Shown: positions 8,954-18,145 of the stretch, piece after piece
Layout: every line of letters begins with the position of its first letter
How positions within the stretch are numbered: the stretch's first letter is position 1
DNA from: a virus
Virus record (IMG/VR): IMGVR_UViG_3300005529_000033
Span: 6,436 to 70,435 of that record
Length of the DNA stretch: 64,000 nt
Strand: one strand, 5' to 3'
Notes under the pieces: model-generated
What the model was told of the DNA's origin: nothing
What the model saw: the letters and a program-made list of their open reading frames with translations, nothing else
The model's database searches: none
Translations under genes and position numbers: made by a program

Positions 8954-10540
8954 ATGACCACTCCAGTGGGTTACGGCCGACCCGGGGTCTTTGTCAAAGA
9001 GCAGTTCGGCCCTCTCGCCAATAACAACGGCGCTATCCCGGGTGAGGCGTTACCCGCGTTCTCCGCGCTGTACAACCGCGGTCCTCTCGCTCCGACCCTG
9101 GTCACGTCCTGGCAGCAGTTCAAGAACTTATACGGCGACTTCAGCACCTCGCCCGGGTCGCTCCTCCCGTTCGCGCTCAACCAGTTCTTCCTCAACGGCG
9201 GGACGCAGTGCTTCATCGCGCGGATCCCGAATACCGACGCGACCACGGCGACCCTGGCCCTGGACGACATCGCCACCCCGACGCCCGGCGTCATCCTCAC
9301 CGTCAACGCGGCCAGCCCCGGCATCTGGGGGAACCAGGTTTTCGTCGAGATCGTGTCCGCGGGCCAGGCGGGCCGGTTCAATCTCAATGTGTACTTCAGC
9401 GGGACTTCGGCGTCCAACCTGGTGGAAACGTTCCAGGACCTGTCCATGGACCCGACTGACGTCAGGAATGCCGTCACTATCATCAGCTCCCCGCTGGCCG
9501 GGTCGAATTACATCACGGTCATCGAATCGCTGCCCGGCGGGGTCTACACCCAGGGCACTACCGACCTGGCGCTGATCTCCCCGACCCCGCTGTCCGGCGG
9601 CGGTGACGGCAGTACCGCGCCGGCCCTGGATGACGCGACCCACGGGGCACCGCCGGTATTCGACTCGCTCATCAACCAGGCCCTGTACATTAACTTCCCC
9701 GGATTAACGTCGATCACGACCCTGACGAACCTCAATGCCTGGGCTGAGACCCGCGGCGACGTGATGCTCGTCATCGACGGGCCCGCACCGGAATTCCCGG
9801 AAAAGGAAGCGGAAGTAGCGCAGACCTACATCAACATGACGACCGGCAATAACAGCCTGCCGCAGTCAACGTACCTCACGGTGTACGCGCCGTGGATTCA
9901 GGTATCCGACCCGAGCTCCACCGTGGTGGGCGCCACCCGGTGGCTGCCGCCAGGCGGCGCGGTCCTGGGGGTGTGGCAGCGGACTGACGTGCAGTTCGGC
10001 ACCGTCCAGTCACCGGCCGGGATCCAGGCCACCATCAGCGCCATCCAGCTCGAGGTGCAGTTCTCCAACAAGAGCCTGGACGCGCTGAACAACGCGTACG
10101 TCAACGCGATCAAGTTCATTCCCACGATCGGCATCGTGATATTCGGGTCGCGCACCCTGCATCCCGGGTACCCGGATCGGTATGTCGCCGTCCGCAGGAT
10201 GATCATAAAATTAGAACACGATTTCAAGTGGATTACCCAGTACGCATTATTCCAGCCGAATGACGACCGGCTCTGGGCGTCCATCACCACGACGATATCC
10301 ACGTACCTCACGCAGTTAATGCAGGCCCACCAGCTCGGCGGGACGACCCCGGATAACTCATTCCAGGTCGTGTGCAACTCCACGAATAACACCCTGGCGA
10401 CGGCTGCGGCGGGCATCGTCAATGCCGACGTGGCCGTGTCCCTGCTGTCCCCGGCGGAATTCATCTACATCACGCTGTCCCAGTTCCAGGGCAGCCAGGC
10501 GCAGCAGACCACTGTCACCACCTCGAGCACCTCGGCATAA
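8954..10540 (+). CDS. contractile tail sheath protein
   Basis: YGRPGVFVKE, FF.NGG, PG.WGN, G.RTL, RYVAVRR, A.FQPND..LW, PAEFI motifs. Confidence 0.95.
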   Translation: MTTPVGYGRPGVFVKEQFGPLANNNGAIPGEALPAFSALYNRGPLAPTLVTSWQQFKNLYGDFSTSPGSLLPFALNQFFLNGGTQCFIARIPNTDATTATLALDDIATPTPGVILTVNAASPGIWGNQVFVEIVSAGQAGRFNLNVYFSGTSASNLVETFQDLSMDPTDVRNAVTIISSPLAGSNYITVIESLPGGVYTQGTTDLALISPTPLSGGGDGSTAPALDDATHGAPPVFDSLINQALYINFPGLTSITTLTNLNAWAETRGDVMLVIDGPAPEFPEKEAEVAQTYINMTTGNNSLPQSTYLTVYAPWIQVSDPSSTVVGATRWLPPGGAVLGVWQRTDVQFGTVQSPAGIQATISAIQLEVQFSNKSLDALNNAYVNAIKFIPTIGIVIFGSRTLHPGYPDRYVAVRRMIIKLEHDFKWITQYALFQPNDDRLWASITTTISTYLTQLMQAHQLGGTTPDNSFQVVCNSTNNTLATAAAGIVNADVAVSLLSPAEFIYITLSQFQGSQAQQTTVTTSSTSA

Positions 10541-10551
10541 GGGGAAGCGGA

Positions 10552-11142
10552 ATGGCCGTCCAGCAGAGCCCGTCACTTTCCTCGGTGGCGACCGACCCGC
10601 TGAGGGTGTTCAAGTTCCAGGTGCTGTTCCACCCAGGCCAGGCGCTGGCGTCCTCGCTCGGCGTATCGGCGAGCTCCGCTTTTTCCTATGGTTTCATGAC
10701 CGTCTCCGGGCCCGCCATCAATATCGAGGTCATCCCTTACAGGGAAGGCGGCGATAACGTAACCACCCGGAAGATGCCCGGCCAGGCTGATTTCGGTGCC
10801 ATCACGATGTCGCACGGCGTGAAAATGGCCGCGTCCCAGATGGACATCCTCTGGATGTCTCAGCTGTTCACCGTCATGCAGGGCAGCGGGAACCAGGCAC
10901 CCGGCGCGGAATTCAGGATGATCTGCGACGTGTACGTCCTGGACCACCCGGTCACCACCGCCTCAGCGCCGGTCAAGGCCGCGTTCCGGCTGTACAACAC
11001 GTGGCCCAGCTCGCTGGCGTTCTCCGACTTCGACGCGGGCGCCAACGCGTTCCTGATCGCGCAGATGTCCCTGGCCTATGAAGGCTTCGACGTGCTCGTC
11101 GCCGCGGGTGCCGGCACCACCGAGGTCAGCTTCTCCCAGTAG
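10552..11142 (+). CDS. tail tube protein (T4 gp19-like)
   Basis: DPLR.FKF.V, GF..VSG, YREGG.N...KMPG, L.YEG motifs. Confidence 0.92.
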   Translation: MAVQQSPSLSSVATDPLRVFKFQVLFHPGQALASSLGVSASSAFSYGFMTVSGPAINIEVIPYREGGDNVTTRKMPGQADFGAITMSHGVKMAASQMDILWMSQLFTVMQGSGNQAPGAEFRMICDVYVLDHPVTTASAPVKAAFRLYNTWPSSLAFSDFDAGANAFLIAQMSLAYEGFDVLVAAGAGTTEVSFSQ

Positions 11143-11510
11143 GCGTGCCAGCAGCCTCCGGGGCCCCGTGCCCGCGCATGGGATCCCCGTACGCGACATG
11201 CAGCAGGAACGTGATCACAGCCCCGGAGACTGCCGCGGCAAGCATACAGGACTTGCGCGCCTGCCCGCGTCCCGGTAGGTTCAGGATGCTTGCCGGGCGG
11301 GTTGCTAAGGGGTCCTGTCCGGCAAGCACGGGCCCTCCGCATAGCGAACCGGACATGCACAGGTGGCTACTCTGCTCCGGCCGGTACGCACCTCTGACAG
11401 AGCGCGGGGGGCCCTCTGCATGCTTGTGCGATGGCAGGCCGCCATGTTACGGTTTGCCTTACCCGGCGGGCAGGGACGGCTCTGCCGGGCAGCCCGGGGT
11501 GAGACCGGGT

Positions 11511-11555
11511 GCGAAGGCCCCCCGTCAGATCTCATTCCCTGGCGGGGGCCTTCGC
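11511..11555. terminator. GC-rich stem-loop at 3' end of serine recombinase gene
   Basis: GCGAAGGCCCCC..CAG / CTG..GGGGGCCTTCGC inverted repeat. Confidence 0.6.
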
Positions 11556-11559
11556 CTGT

Positions 11560-13098
11560 TCAGCTGCTGCACTGCACGATCGTCCGGCGTAAGCTGGCTA
11601 ACGGGATTGTCACGTTGATGACAATGCTGCCATCCCATTGAGTGATGTGGTAGACGCCATTGACGATGCTCCTGCCCATGGACCGCACGGCAGGGTGCTT
11701 GCCCAGAGATCTTGCCACCACTTCACGCATAGCCGGGTCCAGGTCGCTGCCGTCATATTTCCACGCCCAGATGCGGACTCCGAGGGATTTCAGCCAGTCG
11801 TTGCGCTCGGCATCAGTTGCGAGGCTTTTCCAGCGGTCTGCGTATGTTTCCCCGGTTTCCCTGCGTTCTGTCCTCGGCGCTTCGACTTTCAGGTTCTTGA
11901 TCCGGTCTTCCTCGGCCCACAGCCGTTCCCGTTCAGCTTGCTCTTCGGCACGGCCGAGCCCCTGGGACGGCAGCTGCTGCAGCTGAAACTGGATGTCGTC
12001 CAGCTCGGCCCTATGGTCATTGCCGGGCACGAACACTAGCATCGTGATGGGCCGGACGAGCTGCATCATAGCTTGATGCACGAGTGCATCAACTGGCTCG
12101 AGCCGCATCTGGTTGCCGCATCCTTTGCGCTGCGAGCCCTTGCCGGTGCACCGGTAGTACAGCAAGGTGCGGTTCATGCCGCCTTTGACGCGGTACATGG
12201 GGGAGGTGCCGCCGCAGCTCGGGCAGAACAGCACCGACGTGCATGCCGCCCGGTTCTCCTGGTTGACGGGGCCGCGCTTCGGCCGTTTCGTCAGCGCCTC
12301 GTTGGCACTGTTGAACAGGCCGATGCCGACGAGCGCTTCACACCGGAGGACGATCTTGCCTGCGCTGTTCCTGCGGTAGCCGATGTAGGTCGTGCAGCGG
12401 ATCATCCGGGAGATCGTCCTGGGCTGCCATGGCTGGCCTCTGACGGTAGCGACGCCTTCAGCGTCGAGCCGCGCGCAGATCCGGGCGAGGGACCAGCCGT
12501 CGCGGCAGTACCTGAAGATCTTCGGGACGTACATGCGGCCGAGGTCGGTTGGGACGAGCGTCTTGTTCTCCTTTTCCCCGGCGATCTCGTAGCCCCACGG
12601 GGGTTCGCCGACCAGGCTGCCCTTGGCGATCAGGGCGGCCTGCATGCGCACGTTACGTTCCTGGATCGATTCCCACTCTTGGCGGGCGCCGCGCTTGGCT
12701 GCTGCCCACTGCCAGTAATCCGAATCGTCCCGGGCCGGGTACTGGGGGCCGTCGACGATGATGAGCCGTTTGCCGTGCTGCGTTGCCCAGTGCTCGATCT
12801 GGGTGAAGTCTTCCTGGGTGCCGCGGGACAGCCGGTCGGTCTTGAAGGCGATCACCGCGTCGTACAGGGCGAGCTTGTCCGGGTGGGTGACCCAGGGCCG
12901 CAGGTTCTTGCGGTCCCACGGGGCGACTGTGCCGCTCTTGGTGTCCGGCACGACCTCGACCACGTGCCAGCCTTCACGTTCGGCGTACTCACGGGAGTTG
13001 GTGTCCTGAGTGTCGATGCCTAGACCCTGGCCGTATGCGCGATTAGAATGCTTGCGCGACAGCCTCGCGGCGATGATGGCGTTTCCCTTGGGTTCCAC
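11560..13098 (-). CDS. large serine recombinase (integrase); start placed at GTG 13098, track ORF extends to 13155
   Basis: ARLS catalytic Ser, DRLSR, PPWGY recombinase domain, CPSCG...YYRC...GC zinc ribbon, coiled coil. Confidence 0.9.
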   Translation of the reverse strand: MEPKGNAIIAARLSRKHSNRAYGQGLGIDTQDTNSREYAEREGWHVVEVVPDTKSGTVAPWDRKNLRPWVTHPDKLALYDAVIAFKTDRLSRGTQEDFTQIEHWATQHGKRLIIVDGPQYPARDDSDYWQWAAAKRGARQEWESIQERNVRMQAALIAKGSLVGEPPWGYEIAGEKENKTLVPTDLGRMYVPKIFRYCRDGWSLARICARLDAEGVATVRGQPWQPRTISRMIRCTTYIGYRRNSAGKIVLRCEALVGIGLFNSANEALTKRPKRGPVNQENRAACTSVLFCPSCGGTSPMYRVKGGMNRTLLYYRCTGKGSQRKGCGNQMRLEPVDALVHQAMMQLVRPITMLVFVPGNDHRAELDDIQFQLQQLPSQGLGRAEEQAERERLWAEEDRIKNLKVEAPRTERRETGETYADRWKSLATDAERNDWLKSLGVRIWAWKYDGSDLDPAMREVVARSLGKHPAVRSMGRSIVNGVYHITQWDGSIVINVTIPLASLRRTIVQCSS

Positions 13099-13103
13099 AC
13101 GCC

Positions 13104-13153
13104 AAGCATGGCACATGCTTGACAGGTGAGGCAATACTGAGCAGTATGTACTC
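13104..13153. promoter_or_regulatory. divergent promoter region with two palindromes
   Basis: TTGACA (13119-24), 17 nt, CAGTAT, 6 nt, ATG 13154; palindromes AAGCATG-N3-CATGCTT and ATACTG-N2-CAGTAT. Confidence 0.6.
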
Positions 13154-13354
13154 ATGTGTCAACCACATCCCGCAGGAGGTCAGAGGACCGTGGCGCTCAA
13201 CCAGTTCGAATCTGAGACTGTCCAGCAGGCCTGCCAGGTCTTGAAGGAAAGCGAGCAGACGCAGGACATCAGCGTGATCGACCAGCTCCAGGCGAGCGTG
13301 GCACAGCTGATCATGATCGTAGAGCGGCTGGGCAAGGATCGCATAGCGGCATGA
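13154..13354 (+). CDS. small hypothetical protein (alternative GTG start 13190)
   Basis: ORF with promoter upstream and internal RBS; ATGA overlap with next gene. Confidence 0.5.
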   Translation: MCQPHPAGGQRTVALNQFESETVQQACQVLKESEQTQDISVIDQLQASVAQLIMIVERLGKDRIAA

Positions 13355-14067
13355 AGACAGCCGACACCACCACCAGGCGGGTCACCCTCGGGGTCTCCGC
13401 GATCGGCCTGTTCGCCGGAGGCGACTCCTACACCCACATCTACGGCCTGGTCCGGGACTGGCACGGCAACGTCATCTCCGCGGCCCTCACGCCGCTGGCC
13501 CTCGACGGCATGGTCTACGCCCTCACCGCGGCCAAGTTCGCGGCCAGCCGGAAGGGCGTGCCGGTCCCGTTCAAGATCCATTTCTGGTACTGGATCGGCA
13601 CGCTGAGCACCCTCCTGGCGAACGGCGCCTCCGGCTGGCACGACGGCACCGGCACGGCCATGCTGAACACGCTGTCCGTCATCTGCTACATCGGCTGCAC
13701 CGAAGCCCTGACCTGGATCCTGCGTCATGTCAGCCCGCCGGCGAAGAAGCCCGCACCTGTCACTGCATCAAAGCCGCACCCGCAGCCTGCATCAAGCCCT
13801 GCACCAATTGATGCGCCGACACCGCCGGCTGCCCCTGAGCCGGATGATGCGCCGCATGACGAGCTGGGCGACCGGCGCGAGCAGAAGAAGACCTACGCCC
13901 CGCGGCGCCCGCTCGAGGAACTCCTGGCCGAAGCCCAGCAGAAGTTCGCCGACGACCTCAGCGCCGGCAAGATCCCCGGGCAGAAGAAGATCTCCGATGC
14001 TGTCAGCTGCGGGCCCGGCAAGGCGGAAGAGATCCAGAGGCGGCTCGAGGCCCTGCGGACTGCCTGA
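13351..14067 (+). CDS. DUF2637/SpdA-like membrane protein of actinomycete mobile elements
   Basis: SY.HI..L...G....A.LTPL..DG, four hydrophobic segments, Pro-rich linker, C-terminal P....I...G..KA HTH-like end. Confidence 0.7.
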   Translation: MKTADTTTRRVTLGVSAIGLFAGGDSYTHIYGLVRDWHGNVISAALTPLALDGMVYALTAAKFAASRKGVPVPFKIHFWYWIGTLSTLLANGASGWHDGTGTAMLNTLSVICYIGCTEALTWILRHVSPPAKKPAPVTASKPHPQPASSPAPIDAPTPPAAPEPDDAPHDELGDRREQKKTYAPRRPLEELLAEAQQKFADDLSAGKIPGQKKISDAVSCGPGKAEEIQRRLEALRTA

Positions 14068-14124
14068 GCACAGCAGGAAGCCCCCGGTCCCAGTTGCGGG
14101 CCGGGGGCTTCCTGCTGTGCTCAG
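14064..14124. terminator. bidirectional terminator, 24-bp perfect inverted repeat containing both stop codons
   Basis: CTGAGCACAGCAGGAAGCCCCCGG / CCGGGGGCTTCCTGCTGTGCTCAG between convergent genes. Confidence 0.8.
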
Positions 14125-14468
14125 CCGGTTTTACTGCGCTTGAGCACTCCGATGACCTTGGCGGCGATTACCGGGTTAACCTCATCCAGGAGGAATATCG
14201 GCTTGTGCACGGGGCTCGACGGCACGAGCAGTACCCCGCCGGGCGCGCGGAATACTTGCTTAACGTAGCCGCCGTGGTCTGACCTGACCACGGCAACATC
14301 CCCGTCAGCTACTTCCGCCCCGAAATCGGCAAGCACGAGGTCACCGTCGCAGATGCCGTCGCCCGCCATGCAGTCGCCCTTTACCAGGAAAAACCCGATG
14401 TCGTCATGCGGCACCAGGTAGTCGGGCATGCCGATATAGCCTTGCGGTTCGCCTGGTCCGGTTTTCAT
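14121..14468 (-). CDS. LexA/UmuD-like S24 C-terminal domain only (Ser to Cys at catalytic motif)
   Basis: F.LVKGDCM.GDGI.DGDLVL...A.DGD.AVV...YVK; no HTH; GGAGG RBS. Confidence 0.8.
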   Translation of the reverse strand: MKTGPGEPQGYIGMPDYLVPHDDIGFFLVKGDCMAGDGICDGDLVLADFGAEVADGDVAVVRSDHGGYVKQVFRAPGGVLLVPSSPVHKPIFLLDEVNPVIAAKVIGVLKRSKTG

Positions 14469-14486
14469 GCGAGCCTCCTGCCTGCG

Positions 14487-14798
14487 TCAGTGCTGTATCC
14501 GCGTGACCTTCCCGATGATCACCGGGTTGTCCCTCGGCGTGAGGACCAGAAGCTCATACGGCGTGCTCAGCAGCAGGATGCTGAGCGTCCCGCCGTAGGT
14601 CACGCTCGCAATCACTTCACCGTCGCTATACCTGACCAGGGCCATCTCGCCGTCAGAGGGCAGCTTGGTCTTATCAACTGTGAGGCAGTCACCGTCGAGT
14701 ATCCCGTACCCGGCCATTTCCCAGCCACGAACGGGAACCACGATGAAGTTGTCCGGGCCTGGGGAGCTATCGCACGGATTGTCTGAGCTGTTGTACAT
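14487..14798 (-). CDS. degenerate S24/LexA C-terminal-like domain
   Basis: V.VRGWEM.G.GILDGD.L.VD...P.DGE.ALV...IIGKV; catalytic Ser and Lys not recognisable. Confidence 0.65.
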   Translation of the reverse strand: MYNSSDNPCDSSPGPDNFIVVPVRGWEMAGYGILDGDCLTVDKTKLPSDGEMALVRYSDGEVIASVTYGGTLSILLLSTPYELLVLTPRDNPVIIGKVTRIQH

Positions 14799-15274
14799 GA
14801 GTATCTCCGTTACTGCTGGTTTTGCATAAGCAAGGGCCCCGGGAAAGTCTGCGCCCTTCCCGGGGCCCCGCCGCTCCCGGCGAGCCGAGTCTCAGGCCAA
14901 GCCTGCCGGGAGCCAGGCGCAAGGCCCCCCATCTATGCAGGGGAACGGGGGGCCCACGCCTGTCTTGCAGCCTCCATGCCGGCCCCCGAAGGTCAGCATG
15001 AGGCTGGTCTTGCTGCCTGGACGGCTTCCCCACCGGCCAGGCTTCACAGCCTCCGCGCACGTACAGGTGACTCGCCGTCGTGCTTCTGCAATGCCTGCAC
15101 TGCGCGTATTCAGTTATTTCTCCGCTCTGACGGCGGCGTTACGCATATGTTCCGAGTATGGGATTAGGTTTGGGTGTCGGGTCCGGGCTTGTTGCCGTAC
15201 CGCGACCGGGGCTGACCCCCGGCCTGGCGCTCCCCCTTCTCAACCCGCGGAGCATGCTGCCGTAGCAGTCCTGG

Positions 15275-15658
15275 TCAGGCCAGCGCGGAAGCTGCCGGCA
15301 TGTCGAAGAGCGCTTCTCCGGCAGAGACGGTCAGGTGACCGCTCCGCTCGTCGAAGCAAAGCATCAGGGCAGGACTGAGGCCGTCGCCGTCCACAATCAC
15401 CACAGCCTGCGCAGCCGTGACGTCAGCCCGGTTCTGTATGTCCAGGAGACTGACTTCCTCGATCACGGCATCCGCAGGAAGAAACGCCTGCGGGACCGGT
15501 ATGTGCCGGTAGCAGCAGTGCATGGTATTGCTGGCATGCTCGCTGCCGCCGGCGGTGTACCTGACGTACAGGTTCGTCAGTGCTTCCGCCGTGCCGCACA
15601 CAGGGCCGCCGGTATCTGCACCCAATACGGGCACTATCTTCAGGTCACTCATCCGCAT
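15275..15658 (-). CDS. hypothetical protein
   Basis: GGAAGG RBS before ATG 15658; divergent from XRE cluster. Confidence 0.45.
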   Translation of the reverse strand: MRMSDLKIVPVLGADTGGPVCGTAEALTNLYVRYTAGGSEHASNTMHCCYRHIPVPQAFLPADAVIEEVSLLDIQNRADVTAAQAVVIVDGDGLSPALMLCFDERSGHLTVSAGEALFDMPAASALA

Positions 15659-15865
15659 CGCCACCTTCCGGCGTGTCGGTTCTTGTCTTGCTAAACCGTA
15701 AGCACGGCGCCTGTCCAGGCGCAAGCAAACTGGCGAAAATTTTCTGCGATGTTCTTGTCTGGCAGACAGCGCTGACGTACTGTAGGTGAAACTTGGCGTC
15801 ACCTTGCCTGGCTGTTCTCGTCCATGCGACGATGAGGGTCAACCAGACAAGGAAAGGACTCCAGC

Positions 15866-16069
15866 ATGGACATCCAGCTCATCCGGAAGGCTCCCAATTG
15901 CTTCTCCGACAACTGCCCGGGAGACGAGTACAAGGTCTCCGGTCTTCCCGGCTGGAAGGTAGTTGTGGGCCGGAAACCGGAGACACTGCTCGACGCGGAA
16001 GCCCTCGCGCAGCTCAGGGGCCGGGTCGGTCCCGACGAGTATGCCTCTCTCGTGCCGGACAGCGAATGA
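15866..16069 (+). CDS. small Cys-containing protein of DUF6879/XRE cluster
   Basis: AAGGA RBS; C....CP motif; ATGA overlap with next gene. Confidence 0.6.
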   Translation: MDIQLIRKAPNCFSDNCPGDEYKVSGLPGWKVVVGRKPETLLDAEALAQLRGRVGPDEYASLVPDSE

Positions 16070-16578
16070 CCGGAACCGCTATCTCCGCAGAGGAACTTGC
16101 GGATTTCATCCGCGGATTCGAACGCACTGCGTACCGGCAGGAATACCAGGTCCAGCCCCTGCTGTTCGAGCAGGATGCCTTCCGGCAGTACCTGGCCGGC
16201 TCCCCGCTGGAACCGGCCGCATGGCCGGTCTGGCAGGACTGGCTAGACCGCGTTCAGTCGATGACCGCGGCCGGGAAACTCATCAGCCGTGTCATCCTGC
16301 TCGACGCGCAGCCGACTCCGTACCAGCAATGGCGGCTGTGGTCTGCTCCCTGGCACGGCAGGGCCGGCGAGGACATCCGGTTCCTGCCGGTAAGCGAGGC
16401 CGGCGCCCTGGGTAACTGGTGGCTGTTCGACGACAGCCGTGTTGTTCTCCAGAGGTTCACCGATGACGGCAGGCTTGATGAGTTCAGGCTCATCACCGGG
16501 CCAGAAGTCGTCAGTTACTGCACGTGGCGCGATTACGCGATGCGCCACGCCATGACGGCGGAGACTATCGCCGCCTGA
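16066..16578 (+). CDS. DUF6879-like protein
   Basis: F.RTAYR.E, W..WL..V, G....RV, PTPYQ.W, AGEDIR.L, WWLFDD motifs. Confidence 0.75.
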   Translation: MTGTAISAEELADFIRGFERTAYRQEYQVQPLLFEQDAFRQYLAGSPLEPAAWPVWQDWLDRVQSMTAAGKLISRVILLDAQPTPYQQWRLWSAPWHGRAGEDIRFLPVSEAGALGNWWLFDDSRVVLQRFTDDGRLDEFRLITGPEVVSYCTWRDYAMRHAMTAETIAA

Positions 16579-16592
16579 CATGAAGGACCAGC

Positions 16593-17456
16593 GTGCACCC
16601 AGTTGGCGAGCGGCCGGATCAGCCTGGCGGCCTGGCGGAGCGGCTCTACCGCATGCGCCAGGCCATCCGGCCCAAGCTCACGCAGGAGCGGATGGGCGCT
16701 GACCTGGGCTGGCCGACGTCAAAAATCAGCAAGATCGAGAGAGGTAACCAGATGCCCACAGCCGAAGATATCGAGGCATGGACAGCCAGGTGCGGGCGTC
16801 CTGAAGAGACTCAGGACCTACTCGATCTGCTTGAGGATGCCAAGACGATCCGCCGCCAGGCACGCACGCGCGCCGCACGCAGCCAGGCCGGCCAGCAGGT
16901 CAGCATGGACGAGCGGACCAGGGCGGCCAGGCGCATCCGTGACGCCGAGCCCATGGCTATCCCCGGCCTGCTGCAAACACCAGGCTACGCACGTGCCATT
17001 GCGGAGCAGGTAGCTGCCGTCTACGGCGCGGGCGACATTGACGCTGCGGTAGCAGCCCGGATGCAGCGCCAGGCCGTCCTGTACGACCAGGACAAGGAAT
17101 TCCAGTTCGTTATCACGGAGGCGGCGCTGCGTATGCCGCCCTGCCCGGTGCCGGTCATGACCGGCCAGCTCGACCGGCTCCAGGTCGTTCTCGACATGCG
17201 CAACATCACGCTCGCCGTCATCCCCATGGGCACCGCGCTCAGCTTCGCCCCGTTCTTCGGGTTCATGATGCTCGATGACACGGTGATCGTCGAGGACTAC
17301 CTCGGGTCGAACGAGACCAGCGGGGAGGCTGCGGCGGTGTTCGAGCGTATCTTCGGCCTGCTGATGGATGAGGCCGTCACCGGGAGCGAAGCGCGAGAGC
17401 TGATCCTGTCAGCCGCATCCAGCCTCCGGCAAGGACCACCTGAACTGGAAGCATAG
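16593..17456 (+). CDS. XRE-family HTH regulator with DUF5753-like C-terminal domain
   Basis: LGW..SKISKIERG.Q.P HTH; IPGLLQT..YA, AR..RQ.VL, I.EAAL, QL.RL. Confidence 0.85.
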   Translation: MHPVGERPDQPGGLAERLYRMRQAIRPKLTQERMGADLGWPTSKISKIERGNQMPTAEDIEAWTARCGRPEETQDLLDLLEDAKTIRRQARTRAARSQAGQQVSMDERTRAARRIRDAEPMAIPGLLQTPGYARAIAEQVAAVYGAGDIDAAVAARMQRQAVLYDQDKEFQFVITEAALRMPPCPVPVMTGQLDRLQVVLDMRNITLAVIPMGTALSFAPFFGFMMLDDTVIVEDYLGSNETSGEAAAVFERIFGLLMDEAVTGSEARELILSAASSLRQGPPELEA

Positions 17457-17506
17457 CAGTGAACAACATACGATGGATTTCCCGCCGTCTCGAAGAAGGT
17501 CACGCC

Positions 17507-18010
17507 ATGTACTCGAACCAGCCTTACGCATCGCCCGGGACAGGTGAGCAGTACCGGTACCCGCAAGATGGAGGCACGCAGATCATGGGTCCTGCCGTTC
17601 CGCAGGCAGCTCCGTACGGCACGCCCCCGCCGTCATCGCCACCTCAGCCGCCGCAGTCGCTCAGCGGCTTGCGCACCCTGGCTATCCTCGCCATCGTGCT
17701 CGGCATCGCCGGCATCCTGTTCACCAGCTACAAGACCTCGGACGCCGGATCATCGGCGCGTTTCAGTCACCTGCAAAGCCAGGTCACCAGCCTGACGCAG
17801 CAGGTGAGGACGCTGACTGCCCAGCGTAACGGCCTGTCCCAGCAGGTCACCACGCTGGCGAAGAACCAGGGACAGCTATCCAGCCTGGTCAGCAGCATGA
17901 GCGGAACCGTGAAGAACCTGGCCCCGTTCAGCCACGGCGTCTGCCCCGGCGTATTCCAGGGGTCCAAGGGCGCGTTCAACGCTCCGGTCCCCTGCAACCC
18001 CGGCGGCTGA
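17507..18010 (+). CDS. single-pass membrane coiled-coil protein
   Basis: Pro-rich N-terminus, one TM segment, coiled coil, C-terminal Cys pair. Confidence 0.6.
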   Translation: MYSNQPYASPGTGEQYRYPQDGGTQIMGPAVPQAAPYGTPPPSSPPQPPQSLSGLRTLAILAIVLGIAGILFTSYKTSDAGSSARFSHLQSQVTSLTQQVRTLTAQRNGLSQQVTTLAKNQGQLSSLVSSMSGTVKNLAPFSHGVCPGVFQGSKGAFNAPVPCNPGG

Positions 18011-18031
18011 GCCGGCAGCCGCAGCAAGACT

Positions 18032-18067
18032 GAAGCCCCCGGGTCTTCCGCCGGACCCGGGGGCTTC
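18032..18067 (+). terminator. intrinsic terminator
   Basis: GAAGCCCCCGGGTC / GACCCGGGGGCTTC followed by TTC. Confidence 0.7.
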
Positions 18068-18145
18068 TTCATGCCCGCCTGCCGCAAGCAAAGATATCCG
18101 GTAAATATCCTTGACACACCCGGCAGTACGCGCGAGCATGCATGC

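Noticed and set aside
14121-14798. umuDC mutagenesis operon or intact lexA
   Set aside because: No Y-family polymerase nearby, no HTH domain, catalytic motif altered
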